Positions 21,118 through 30,485 of a DNA stretch of 50,228 nucleotides are shown here, piece by piece; the stretch's first letter is position 1; every line of letters begins with the position of its first letter. Source of the stretch: a virus; IMG/VR virus record IMGVR_UViG_3300037808_001410; one strand, given 5' to 3'. The notes under the pieces were generated by a model that saw nothing but the letters and a program-made list of their open reading frames with translations, did no database searches and had not been told where the DNA came from. A program made the translations under genes and the position numbers.

Positions 21118-24080
21118 TACACGTCCTCCAATGCTTCCATCAACATCCTAGCATGTTGCCTGACCTGCTTCTTGTCGTTGGCGTAGAACATGCCGGAATA
21201 GCTCACAGAGAGGTTGGTGCCCCCTCCTCCTTCGACGGATGTGGTCCCATCGCGCATAGCCTCCAGAAGAGATGCATTCGACAGGGCCTGATCACGGGGG
21301 ACCACGAACTCACCCTGGGTCAACATTGCAGGCACGTTGTCATGCCCGGGGTTGCCATCAACCCAGCCACCTTCGGCCAGACCCTGAGGGGGGAAGCTCA
21401 GGGCAAACGCGGCAACCTTCGCGCCAAGGTGAATGCCCATCATGGTGGCCAGGATTGTGGCGGCAGCGGCTGGTGCCGCTGGCCCCATCCATGAGACAGA
21501 CGCAAGAACCTCTGCTGACATGAGCGAGAGGGCGGCAGACTCAAGGACCTTTGCCGCTTTTGTTTTTGCCGTTGCATCGGCAATAGCTCCAGCGGTCTGA
21601 GAGGACGCAAAAGCTGCCTGCGCGGCGGCGATAAGCATCTGACCTACCAGTCGCCACAGGCCACGGGTGATGATCTTGAAGATGTCCTCCATGCGTTCCC
21701 CGAGGTCCTCCGCACCGAAGGCGATGGTATCCCAGACCTGAAGGAATGTGCCCTCCATGCCCTTGATCTCCTCCGCAAGTCTCTCGTTGAAGGACATGAC
21801 CTTTTCGGAGGTGGCCTCTAGGTGGATTCCGAGTTGCGCGAAAACTTCCTCACCGAACCTCGTCAACACACCGGTCTCTTCATTGATCAACCCCATAGAG
21901 ATGGTGATATCGTCTGCGAGTTGGTAGAAGGCAGCGGCAATGTCCACCGTGTCTGCATCAACACCGAGAGACCCAAGCATGATTTTGAATTGGGCTAGAT
22001 TCGCAGACCCCTGGAGGGCAAAGTCCAAGGTGGAGGCAGACATGCCCTCCATGGCGTCAGAGAATCCGATCAACGCCTCTCGGGCTTGATCCAGGCCTGC
22101 CTCCCCGGAGAAGGTCACCTGTGGGTCGAGTTCGACATTCAATTGCTTGGAGACGCCCTCTACGCCCTCAGAGATGAACTGTGTGATCCTCTCCCACATC
22201 TCATGGGTGATGCCATAGGCACTCTCAAGCTGTTCGCCCCATTCCACCCACATGGCATCAAGGCCAGCCCTTGTGCCACCGAGGTCAAGGTGTTCGTTCA
22301 AGGCGATGAGGCTCTGCATGGTCACCTCGGACAACTTGGGGACTATCATCCCCCAATTGTCCTGGAACGCATCGACAAATGCCTCCTGGGAAAGGCCAAG
22401 GCTGTCGGCCATGGTAGCCACCCACTTATCGGTGACCCCCTTGGTCTCCGAGAATTCTGCGCGGTTGGCGATGTCGGTCTCTGCCATGTGAAGCAAGGCC
22501 TGAATCTCTCCGACAAACTCGGCCAGAGCGGCAGCCTTTTCACTGTCTGGGATGGTAAGCATGGACTCCAGAATGCTGCTTATCTTCCCGATGCCTTTAA
22601 GGGCAGGAGAGAAGGTAGTGCCCAAGACGCTGCCCATGCCCTTAACCATGTCCCTCAGTTCAGATTGCACATCTGCGATCTGGCCTCTGAGGTTTGTCGC
22701 AAAATTGGCCATCTGCTCGGGCGAGAAGATGGCATCCATTGGTGATTCCTGGCCACCGCTCAACTTTGTATCTAACGCCGCCATGACCCGCTTCAATTCG
22801 GCCTGGAGCTTAACAAGCTCTGCCTGGGCCTCCTGGGTGTCCTGGGTGAAATTGTTTGCCCAGCTTCGACCGGACAACTTGTCCAGGGCCGCCATGTCTC
22901 CAGCGAGATCCTTCATGTCTGTTGCCAACTGCTGGATTCTGGCCTCCTCGATGAAGGCCTTCATGGCAGGAGTGGATTTGTCGGCAGTGACGCCGATCAT
23001 TTCCAGGTCGGCTACCATCCTCTCCCAGGGACCCATGTCGGCCCTACGCAATTCAGTGGCTATGACCGACCCGAGCTTCTGCAACAAATTGATGACAGCA
23101 GAAAGCCTCGGTTCGACAGCCGCGAAGGCACTCAGGGCAGCATCCTTGAACTGGTTCCAGGCAACAATGGCATTGTTCTTCAGGGTGTCCAACTGGATGT
23201 TGAACATCCTCTGGGCAGCCCCAGCGTCATTCATCTTCTTGATGTATTCAACGAATGCATCGGTGCCGATGGACTTCATCACCAGGGCGGCGTTGACAGC
23301 CCTGACATTGAAGATCCTGAACATATCCTCGTTGGACATCCCGGCATCATTCAGCCTCTTGAAGACCTCGACAACGCCATGGGTCTCAAGACGCGCACCG
23401 GCCAAGACATCCCTCAACTCCTTGGTGGGTTTGTTGAGCTTTAGGAGCATCTGCCTGAGGGTGGTACCGGCGATAGAGCCCATGAGGCCTGCATCATGGA
23501 GGGCGGCGAGGGCGGCGGCAGTCTCTTCCAGGGTCATGTTGGAGGCCCTGGCAATCGGGCCGACATACTTCATCGACTCTGTGAGACGGTCCATGTTGAG
23601 GAGAGAGTTCTGGATCGAGGCAGCGAACACATCGACCACATGCCTCGACTGGGTGAACTCCAACCTGAACTGTTTCATGGCAGCGACTACAAGCTCGGAC
23701 ACCTGCCCCACCGAAGACATCGTGCCACCGGCCAGGGTCATGATCGGCTTGGAAGCCTGCATAATCTCATTGACCTGAAGACCGGCAGAGGCGAGGGCAT
23801 ACATGGATCTGGTAGCGTCATTAGCGGACACGGTGGTGACCCTGGCCATGCTCCTGGCAGCCCTCTCCAGGCCCGAGAATTGAGCAACGGTACTCTTGGA
23901 GACCGATTGGACATTGGCCATGCCCTGCTCAAAAGTAGAGCCGAGCCTTGTCATCGCCACAGAGGCAGCAGTGAGAGCCGCTGTCATGGTCTTGATGGCA
24001 CCACTGACGGAGGCGAACCCCCTCGCGGTCTGGGTCGCGCCAACAGCCTTCATCCCAAAGGAGATTACATTAAGAGCCAC
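21117..24080 (-). CDS. Tape measure protein (987 aa)
   Basis: ORF track. GTG start at 24080. The protein is long, Ala/Leu/Met-rich and helical, with a hydrophobic C-terminal third. It follows the G/GT chaperone pair. Confidence 0.9.
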   Translation of the reverse strand: MALNVISFGMKAVGATQTARGFASVSGAIKTMTAALTAASVAMTRLGSTFEQGMANVQSVSKSTVAQFSGLERAARSMARVTTVSANDATRSMYALASAGLQVNEIMQASKPIMTLAGGTMSSVGQVSELVVAAMKQFRLEFTQSRHVVDVFAASIQNSLLNMDRLTESMKYVGPIARASNMTLEETAAALAALHDAGLMGSIAGTTLRQMLLKLNKPTKELRDVLAGARLETHGVVEVFKRLNDAGMSNEDMFRIFNVRAVNAALVMKSIGTDAFVEYIKKMNDAGAAQRMFNIQLDTLKNNAIVAWNQFKDAALSAFAAVEPRLSAVINLLQKLGSVIATELRRADMGPWERMVADLEMIGVTADKSTPAMKAFIEEARIQQLATDMKDLAGDMAALDKLSGRSWANNFTQDTQEAQAELVKLQAELKRVMAALDTKLSGGQESPMDAIFSPEQMANFATNLRGQIADVQSELRDMVKGMGSVLGTTFSPALKGIGKISSILESMLTIPDSEKAAALAEFVGEIQALLHMAETDIANRAEFSETKGVTDKWVATMADSLGLSQEAFVDAFQDNWGMIVPKLSEVTMQSLIALNEHLDLGGTRAGLDAMWVEWGEQLESAYGITHEMWERITQFISEGVEGVSKQLNVELDPQVTFSGEAGLDQAREALIGFSDAMEGMSASTLDFALQGSANLAQFKIMLGSLGVDADTVDIAAAFYQLADDITISMGLINEETGVLTRFGEEVFAQLGIHLEATSEKVMSFNERLAEEIKGMEGTFLQVWDTIAFGAEDLGERMEDIFKIITRGLWRLVGQMLIAAAQAAFASSQTAGAIADATAKTKAAKVLESAALSLMSAEVLASVSWMGPAAPAAAATILATMMGIHLGAKVAAFALSFPPQGLAEGGWVDGNPGHDNVPAMLTQGEFVVPRDQALSNASLLEAMRDGTTSVEGGGGTNLSVSYSGMFYANDKKQVRQHARMLMEALEDV

Positions 24081-24764
24081 GACGGCCTCTCTTCGATTGG
24101 GTCCTTGCCTTCTGCTTGGCCTCTTCTGCCTCCCGCTCCTCTCTCTGGTAGGCGGCTACCTCAGAAGAGATGACATCCATGCAGACCATCACAGACTCTT
24201 CCTGATCATATAAGCCGCCGCCCAGTGGCAAGACCTTGTAGTTGTTCCACCGGAGCCAAAGAGAAAAGCGTGACCACGCCCAGGGGGGGACGTCGAGGAT
24301 GTCGATGCCGAACCCTCTACGGATGAACGAATTCCCTGGGCAACGGTCACGCTTCTCCTTGTCACAGCTACAGGTCCTGCAATCTGGAGCTACCCCACTC
24401 CGAGGGCCTCCCTCTATTTCGTATCGGACAGCGGCTCGGAGAAATTTTCATCTTCCTCGTTGAGGCCAGCCGTCTTCATGATCTTGGACACCACCTCGTT
24501 GGCTATCGTGAGAGGAAGGGCCTCTACGATCTCAGGTGTCAGCTTGGCAATGTCATTGCCGTCCTGGTCCTCAAGGTTCTCGACCCGGAGGATCAGGCTG
24601 GAGGCAACAAGCTGGAGGGCGGCGACAGGGTTGTCCTTGTCCATGGACCTCATGTTGTCCATGTCGGAAACCAGAACAGGTCGATAGAAGAACTTCACCC
24701 CCTCGACTTCGATGCACTCAAGGGCCTCGACCGGATAGTCACCAGTGTAAATTCTGAATCCCAT
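24070..24764 (-). CDS. Tail assembly chaperone frameshift product (gpGT-like) via a -1 slip at 24447-24441
   Basis: My own translation. After the heptamer A_AAT_TTC the -1 frame stays open for about 125 codons (KFLRAAVRYEIEGG...QSKRGRRGS) and stops at TAA 24072-24070, overlapping the tape-measure GTG. This frame has no start codon of its own. Confidence 0.65.
24414..24764 (-). CDS. Tail assembly chaperone (gpG-like, 116 aa)
   Basis: ORF track 24414..24848. ATG 24764 follows AAGGAGAG. The protein is acidic and sits between the tube gene and the tape measure gene. Confidence 0.75.
   Translation of the reverse strand: MGFRIYTGDYPVEALECIEVEGVKFFYRPVLVSDMDNMRSMDKDNPVAALQLVASSLILRVENLEDQDGNDIAKLTPEIVEALPLTIANEVVSKIMKTAGLNEEDENFSEPLSDTK
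24441..24447 (-). promoter_or_regulatory. Candidate -1 programmed ribosomal frameshift heptamer A_AAT_TTC
   Basis: Zero-frame codons are gaA AAT TTC (E N F of ...EEDENFSEP...). It fits the X_XXY_YYZ rule and lies 9 codons before the G stop. Confidence 0.6.
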
Positions 24765-24778
24765 TATACTCTCCTTTG

Positions 24779-24842
24779 AAAAGCGGCCAGGGGGAGGCCT
24801 GGGAGGTTCCCGAAGGAACGAGGAGAGAGCCGCCCCCCGGCC
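24779..24842 (-). terminator. Compound hairpin after the tail tube gene
   Basis: The outer 14-bp stem GGCCGGGGGGCGGC / GCCTCCCCCTGGCC (minus sense, 2 mismatches) encloses GTTCC-TTCG-GGAAC. It is followed by GCTTTTC. Confidence 0.5.
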
Positions 24843-24848
24843 AAACAA

Positions 24849-25853
24849 CTAACTTGCATTGCCCCTGCCGAAGGTAGCCACCGCGACATCATCCTCCATC
24901 TGGATGGTCGGCATGGTACCAACAGCCCTCGCCTCAACCGTGAACTCTGTCCTCTCGGAGGACCCATCGATCTCAGGCCAGAGGTTGCTCGTCATCTGGA
25001 ACTTCGACCCCGTAATGGTGCAGACCGAAGAGGCAGTCGTGGAAGCAACCGCAGTGAAAGAGAAGTACCCGTCGGACCCTGACAGGGCAACATCATAGAA
25101 GCCATCGGAAGACGTGTCCGCACCGATGACCATGGAGATGGTCACCTCTCGGGCACCCGGCACCAGATTGACGCTGCTGTTGGTCGAGGTACACATGTCG
25201 TAGTAGAACTGGAAGCCATTGTTGAAGGTCAACGTAGCCTCCTTCGGGCAGAGGGTAGTGTCCGGGGTTCCGGTGTTGAACCCGAAGGTCCAATTCCAGT
25301 CATCGAACACGAAGGCCCTCTCATGGGCACCCTCTCCAGGGAAGACCGGAGAGGTCATGTTGATCGTGTTGTGGGCGGCAGACCGGGCCATGCCCTCTAC
25401 CGCGATGGTCGTGACCTCTCGGAAGGGGAAGCTGATGGTCAGGGTGTTGCCAACCGCGCCGTAAGCATTCCTTCGGCCAATGCTGGTGGTCTCGGAATAC
25501 CCGCTTGTCCAGCCGATAGTCCACGGCTGGATCGCATCGTTGACTGCATCCCATTCGGCACCGGCCCAAGTGTGGTCTCCGCTGGTTTCGGTCATGCCTC
25601 CATAGCCATTGGAGAACAGGTATCCGGCGTACTGAGGAAAGAACCACATCTCAGCAGAGTAGGTGACCTCGTTGCCGATCTTCACACCATGCTCGGTGTC
25701 GAAGGACCCGGCACCCTGCCACCAGCCCCAGGTCGGCTCCTCGTTGAGGGCTGCCCGGGTGAGGGGTATGACCTGATCACTGGTGACAGCCGTACCAGCC
25801 GTGACCTCGTTACCGAAGTTGAAAATGCCCTTCAGTTTCGCTACCTGGGCCAT
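24849..25853 (-). CDS. Putative major tail (tube) protein (334 aa)
   Basis: ORF track. The position is upstream of the chaperones and a terminator-like structure follows. No motif was recognised. Confidence 0.55.
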   Translation of the reverse strand: MAQVAKLKGIFNFGNEVTAGTAVTSDQVIPLTRAALNEEPTWGWWQGAGSFDTEHGVKIGNEVTYSAEMWFFPQYAGYLFSNGYGGMTETSGDHTWAGAEWDAVNDAIQPWTIGWTSGYSETTSIGRRNAYGAVGNTLTISFPFREVTTIAVEGMARSAAHNTINMTSPVFPGEGAHERAFVFDDWNWTFGFNTGTPDTTLCPKEATLTFNNGFQFYYDMCTSTNSSVNLVPGAREVTISMVIGADTSSDGFYDVALSGSDGYFSFTAVASTTASSVCTITGSKFQMTSNLWPEIDGSSERTEFTVEARAVGTMPTIQMEDDVAVATFGRGNAS

Positions 25854-26053
25854 TAGAGGGCCTCCTCATCTTCAGGGTCTTCCAGGGGGGCGGGATTGTC
25901 ATCGACTTGAGCCTCCATTTCGGAGATCGGCTCCAACATCGGATGATCAACCTGACCCTCTAGCTCAATAATCGCCCCGGGCTTCAGGGCAAGCCTCAAC
26001 CTGCCAACCTTGTATCGCCCGGGAATTGTAACATTTGCTCGATACTTCATCAT
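25853..26053 (-). CDS. Hypothetical protein (66 aa)
   Basis: ORF track. Coupled to the downstream gene (TAATG). Confidence 0.55.
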   Translation of the reverse strand: MMKYRANVTIPGRYKVGRLRLALKPGAIIELEGQVDHPMLEPISEMEAQVDDNPAPLEDPEDEEAL

Positions 26054-26058
26054 TCCCC

Positions 26059-28227
26059 CTACGTCGGAATCAAGCCGAGGGCATTGACACCCTTCCCAGC
26101 GGCCTTCGGTTGGGAGCCCTCGTCAGACCCCTGGTATTCCCTGATCTGATCAACCGCAATGTGTCCACCACCAAAGTCCACGATCCACAGCTTGACCTCC
26201 GTCCCGACCAGTGCGCTTACATCCCACACTACCTCTTCGACAACATGGCTGTCATTGCCAGTTGCAGAGGCGACCATCTCTGAGGTGTCATTCAGAAGGA
26301 GGCCGACATACTGGGTCGCATAGTTGTTGGTCCCCCCGACGGAGATTGAGATGCGGTTCTTGGTCAGAACCCATGGCGAGGATTCGATGATACCGTACCT
26401 GGACATGTCGGGCCACATCTCGCCAGAACTGATCGTACTCTGGGTCAGGCCTGGACGGTAATGCTTGAAGGCGGTGGCGATGTAGCTGTTGCCGGTCATG
26501 TTCGAAGAGGTCCCGGAAGCGGCCATGTAGGCATCGCCCCAGATGGGTTGGTAGTAGAATGCCCCTGTAGCCGCCTCCTGGTTGTATACGCCGCTCCAGA
26601 CCAAAGATTGGTCCATGGTGCCCGATGCCACCGATAGGCCCCCAGAGACCGCCACACAGCCCTCCATGTTGCCCCAGTTGGTCTCGGCAGGGTAGTTGCC
26701 GTAGGTGCCAGAGGTCAGATCGCTGAAATCGCACTCTGAGTATTTGTAGTAGAAGTACCCAAGGTTGGATGTCTTGTCCTTGTGCTGGGACAGGACATAC
26801 TGGGTCCCGCTGATCTGGACAACTTCTGAGGCAGAGCCGGTCTCGCCGGTCCCGGCACCATGGGGGGTCGGGGAGCCAAGAAGCGGTCCATGGTACTGGT
26901 TCTCGGACCATGACCCCTTCATCGAGGATTGGCTTTGATGCCTTGTGCCGCTATTTGCGCCCCACATCAGGTGCCATTCGTCATCGATCTTGAACAACGT
27001 CGAGGCCTCGGCACCGAAATTGGTCAGGTCGTTGTCGGAGATCGTGGTTGCCGAATGGATGAGGCTGGTGAAATCAGGATAGCCGCCACTCTCGGTGACG
27101 GTCGCATGGCCGAGGGTCATCTTGCCAGCATTGCTGGACCTCGCGCACAGGAAGAGGTTCCAGGTACCGCCATCCTCGACCACATAGGCGTCCCTTGAGT
27201 CTCCATCCCAATTGGCGGGGTCGGAGTAGGTGCCCCAGGGGGCTCCACCCGCATAGGCCCCACCGTTGCCGGTGTCATCCATGTTTGCCCAATAGATAGG
27301 CTGTTCAGAGTTCAGGGTTGTCCAGATATCGTTCTCGTAGTCGGCATCGGACAGGCATCCGGCAAGGCCGATCTTCTGCTCCCTTGTCGCCGTTGGGCTG
27401 GTGTGGGTCACGCCGGTAAAGAACATCAGGTACTTGTAGGTCGTCTGGGGTGCGCCACCGATCCCATAGTTCGGGTTGTCGATGATGTAGCAGGCCCAGA
27501 CGTTGTGGTTCCAGTCCCCCTGGTTGCCGGTGCCAAGCTGGATCAGGGTCCTGCTGCCCCAAGACCTGAGGTCCGGGGATGAGTAATGGGCAAAGTATTC
27601 AGAGCCGTTGGTCTCCCCGGGGCCAGAGATGCCGATGGAGTGCCATCTCCCGTTCACGAACTTCAGAGAGTGGTCATTCTGGGTGGTGCTGGCAGGCCCC
27701 TGGATATAGGGCTGGTTGAAGGTCCAGACCACGCCGTTCTCGCCCTGGTTCCCGGCGTCACCGGCCTCGGAGGGGTAGGCCTCACCCACCTTCACCAACA
27801 GCGTGACAGTGGCCTCATTTCGGTAGGAGCCGTCCTCCAGGTTCCACCCATAGACAACGCTGGCGATGGAGGTGTGCATGGCGTTGGTCCCCCATTGGGG
27901 ATTGGTCCTGGCAACCTCCTTCACGACCTCGGCCATCCACAGAACATTCTGCACGTTTGTGGTGTTGTCGGCCTCGGCCTCCCGGCACCGGACCTCGATG
28001 TAATACTGGAAGTCATCGAAGCAGGTCCCGGGCTGTTGCCCAGGCTCCTCCTCGGTGGGCGTGATCGAGATAGTCGGGTACTGGACATTGACCGGGAAGT
28101 CTCCAGCGTGGACAGCCTTGAGGTCAACAAGGGCAAGCTCCGCATTGAGGGAGAGGTAGGCCTCGATAGCCTCGATGATCGTCCACATTCTACCGGCAGA
28201 TGGTGTTGCCCCATGGCTCATCGTCAT
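26059..28227 (-). CDS. Neck or tail-completion-like N-terminal domain fused to a beta-propeller glycoside-hydrolase-like domain (722 aa)
   Basis: ORF track. The N-terminal ~145 aa (WTIIEAIEAYLSLNAEL...ATVTLLVKV) look like a tail-terminator or DUF3168-type domain. The rest carries repeated W/D-rich blades (WNLFLCARSS, DEWHLMWGANS). The end ...VKLWIVDFGGGHIAVDQI is reminiscent of GH32/43-clan enzymes. Confidence 0.55.
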   Translation of the reverse strand: MTMSHGATPSAGRMWTIIEAIEAYLSLNAELALVDLKAVHAGDFPVNVQYPTISITPTEEEPGQQPGTCFDDFQYYIEVRCREAEADNTTNVQNVLWMAEVVKEVARTNPQWGTNAMHTSIASVVYGWNLEDGSYRNEATVTLLVKVGEAYPSEAGDAGNQGENGVVWTFNQPYIQGPASTTQNDHSLKFVNGRWHSIGISGPGETNGSEYFAHYSSPDLRSWGSRTLIQLGTGNQGDWNHNVWACYIIDNPNYGIGGAPQTTYKYLMFFTGVTHTSPTATREQKIGLAGCLSDADYENDIWTTLNSEQPIYWANMDDTGNGGAYAGGAPWGTYSDPANWDGDSRDAYVVEDGGTWNLFLCARSSNAGKMTLGHATVTESGGYPDFTSLIHSATTISDNDLTNFGAEASTLFKIDDEWHLMWGANSGTRHQSQSSMKGSWSENQYHGPLLGSPTPHGAGTGETGSASEVVQISGTQYVLSQHKDKTSNLGYFYYKYSECDFSDLTSGTYGNYPAETNWGNMEGCVAVSGGLSVASGTMDQSLVWSGVYNQEAATGAFYYQPIWGDAYMAASGTSSNMTGNSYIATAFKHYRPGLTQSTISSGEMWPDMSRYGIIESSPWVLTKNRISISVGGTNNYATQYVGLLLNDTSEMVASATGNDSHVVEEVVWDVSALVGTEVKLWIVDFGGGHIAVDQIREYQGSDEGSQPKAAGKGVNALGLIPT

Positions 28228-28670
28228 GGCTTTTTCCCATCCTTAATGTAGGTTGCCAACTTCTTACTGAAAAGCCGATCTGAGGCGGGACCCCAGTGGA
28301 GGAACGGGCGCTGCACCATGTTGGCAGTACCATCCTGGTGGTACTTGTAGTACGGCACATGCGATTCTCTGACGCCGATTTTGGCTGTCCTCTCTGTGAC
28401 CCGCCTCAGATGGCCGTGGCCACCCTTCTGGGTTGCAGAATAGAGCCGACCAGTCTTTATCAGTATAGGATTTGGGCTCCTGGTGGCCTCCCATGGGGAA
28501 ATGCCATCATAGGCTCCCGCTGCCTTGAAGCGACGGTCGGTATCTTCCTCCACCCGGTCAGCAGCCCAATGCATGACAGGGCGAAGGTTCTTGACCCTCT
28601 TCGCCCTGGTAAGGGTGTCGAGCTTGGCCTTCGTTAGACCGACTGTTCGGACCTGGACCCGAAACGCCAT
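28224..28670 (-). CDS. Mu-gpG-like virion morphogenesis protein (148 aa)
   Basis: ORF track. The pattern RFKAAGAYDGISPWEA...IKTGRLYSAT...YYKYHQDG fits the Phage_tail_S / virion morphogenesis pattern as I remember it. Confidence 0.6.
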   Translation of the reverse strand: MAFRVQVRTVGLTKAKLDTLTRAKRVKNLRPVMHWAADRVEEDTDRRFKAAGAYDGISPWEATRSPNPILIKTGRLYSATQKGGHGHLRRVTERTAKIGVRESHVPYYKYHQDGTANMVQRPFLHWGPASDRLFSKKLATYIKDGKKP

Positions 28671-29098
28671 TCCTCTGCCACCTCGTTCACATTCACCACC
28701 TGCACATTCGAAGGCAGTGAGTACATGATGTTGTTGTCAGTGTGAGATCCCCACGGACTCTGCCTCGGATGGTTTGCCACCGTCAGCATCGTAGGCTTCT
28801 CCAGGACCATGTTGAGGCGGCGAACAGCCCACCGCCTCAACTCGTCCACCTTCTCGACCTTGTTCGACATGTGGGAGCCCGTGTAGGCCTCTAGGGCATA
28901 GGCGGCACCGAAGGCCTCCGATACGCCCTGGATGACCTTATCCACGGATGCCCCGAAGGGGGTCTGGAACATCGGCCTCAACCAAGCGTCGATGTCACCA
29001 TCCCCCCTCAGGATGTGTCCAGACGCAGTGGTATCCCCCATGACCGAAGAGGTCACGAAGGGAATGAGGTCACGGAGGCCAGACACATTGCAGTACAT
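28634..29098 (-). CDS. Head-tail adaptor, DUF1320 / Mu gp36-like (154 aa)
   Basis: ORF track. It starts MYCNVSGLRDL. The position is after the capsid block. It is coupled to the upstream gene (TGATG). Confidence 0.5.
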   Translation of the reverse strand: MYCNVSGLRDLIPFVTSSVMGDTTASGHILRGDGDIDAWLRPMFQTPFGASVDKVIQGVSEAFGAAYALEAYTGSHMSNKVEKVDELRRWAVRRLNMVLEKPTMLTVANHPRQSPWGSHTDNNIMYSLPSNVQVVNVNEVAEEWRFGSRSEQSV

Positions 29099-30405
29099 CA
29101 GATCACCTCATCGAAGAGTTCGACCCACTTCTTGCAGACATTCGGCCACGCGATCTCTTCAGCGTAGGCCATCGCATTGTCCAACCTGACCTTGAGTTCA
29201 TCTGGCGTATTGCCAGCCCGGTCCTCCAGGATCATCTTCGCCACATGGGTCATGTTGTTGGTCAAGTTGTTTACCGAAACCCTGGGACGGAATCCGGTGC
29301 CATCGACCTGCACCATGCCCTGTGGCCCCTCGCCGCATTTGACCGGCCACCCACGAAGGAGGTCAGAGTTCTCGGCTTCCTCGGCCCCGGGGATGTTAAG
29401 CATCTCCGACAGGGAGGTGTTGTGGGGCGCGATCACCGGGGTCATCGTCGCCATTGCCTCGGTCACCGGGAGGCCCCAGCCCTCGCCAAGGGTGGCCGTG
29501 ACAAAGATGTCGGCAGCGTTGTAGATCATGTTCAGGACATCGACGCCCACCGCCCGACCCGGATTGTGATCCTCCTTGAAGGACACGTCCTTGCCTTCCC
29601 CAACTTCCATCCCCAATGACAGGACGGCTGCGTGTTGGTGTGGCCCGTTGTCCTCTGGGTGCATGTGGAAGTAGAGGTGAGATTTGATGTCCGGGTTGGC
29701 TTCCTTGAACCCATGGTAGGCAAGGATGATGTCACCGTTGGACTTCCTCACCTGATTCCTGGCCACCTGGACAAAGAGAACAGTCTCATCGTCCACCTTC
29801 ATCACGTCACGCCGGAAGGCCATGACAGACTCCTTCTCCTCGACGCGGAAGGATTCGATGTCCGTCCCATGAGGGATGACCTTGCAGCGATTGGCAACGG
29901 CTGGGTTCACAAGCCCGACCATCTCTTTCGAGAACTCGTTGTAGGTCACTGGGGCATCTGCATGTTCGACCCCAGGGAGCCAGCCCTCATGGAGGAAGTA
30001 GGCGTCGATGGGGAAGTAGTAGATGATCGGCGCGGAAGGAGGCGTCGGTGTGCCGGTCGGTGAGGTCTTCAGAATGGCCAACCGCTCGGCCAGGACATTG
30101 ATGTCGTTCAGGATGAAGACGCCATCGTACTCATCGGACCAGTACCGGAAGCCGAAATTAGGACCACCGAAAGCATCACCGAAGCCTGTCTGAAGGGCAC
30201 TCTTCTTCTCGATGCCTCCAGGCCAGACCCGGTATGGATACTCTTCGGGGTCATACGGATCGCCCCAGTAATTCACGCCGATGAAATCGATCTCGTATCT
30301 CCCGGTGTCATGGAGGGCTCTGGCGATGTGTCGGTTCACAGTGCCGAACCCGGTGGTAACCATGGGGCCATCGCCCCAGAACAGTAACTTCTTCTTGTCT
30401 CCCAT
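29098..30405 (-). CDS. GT-B (GT4-like) glycosyltransferase embedded in the head module (435 aa)
   Basis: ORF track 29098..30561. ATG 30405 follows GAGGAGAG. The C-terminal signature LGEGWGLPVTEAMATMTPVIAPHNTSLSEM is the classic E-x7-E region of group 1 glycosyltransferases. Confidence 0.85.
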   Translation of the reverse strand: MGDKKKLLFWGDGPMVTTGFGTVNRHIARALHDTGRYEIDFIGVNYWGDPYDPEEYPYRVWPGGIEKKSALQTGFGDAFGGPNFGFRYWSDEYDGVFILNDINVLAERLAILKTSPTGTPTPPSAPIIYYFPIDAYFLHEGWLPGVEHADAPVTYNEFSKEMVGLVNPAVANRCKVIPHGTDIESFRVEEKESVMAFRRDVMKVDDETVLFVQVARNQVRKSNGDIILAYHGFKEANPDIKSHLYFHMHPEDNGPHQHAAVLSLGMEVGEGKDVSFKEDHNPGRAVGVDVLNMIYNAADIFVTATLGEGWGLPVTEAMATMTPVIAPHNTSLSEMLNIPGAEEAENSDLLRGWPVKCGEGPQGMVQVDGTGFRPRVSVNNLTNNMTHVAKMILEDRAGNTPDELKVRLDNAMAYAEEIAWPNVCKKWVELFDEVI

Positions 30406-30420
30406 TTTCTCTCCTCGTGT

Positions 30421-30452
30421 AAAAAGGGGGACGGAGCGTTGGCCCCGCCCCC
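30421..30452 (-). terminator. Rho-independent terminator or attenuator after the major capsid gene
   Basis: The minus strand reads GGGGGCGG-loop-CCGTCCCCC (5+3 bp with a 1-nt bulge) followed by TTTTT (30425-30421). Confidence 0.65.
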
Positions 30453-30485
30453 CAAGGGATGCTCTCACCCGAACCCTGACCGAAG

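Noticed and set aside
22552-23778. 408-aa + strand ORF (plus 22086..22745 and 23496..24173) across the tape-measure region
   Set aside because: These are antisense to a strongly supported 987-aa tape measure gene. The translations are Ser/Ala/Leu low-complexity mirror images with no SD or neighbouring + strand genes.
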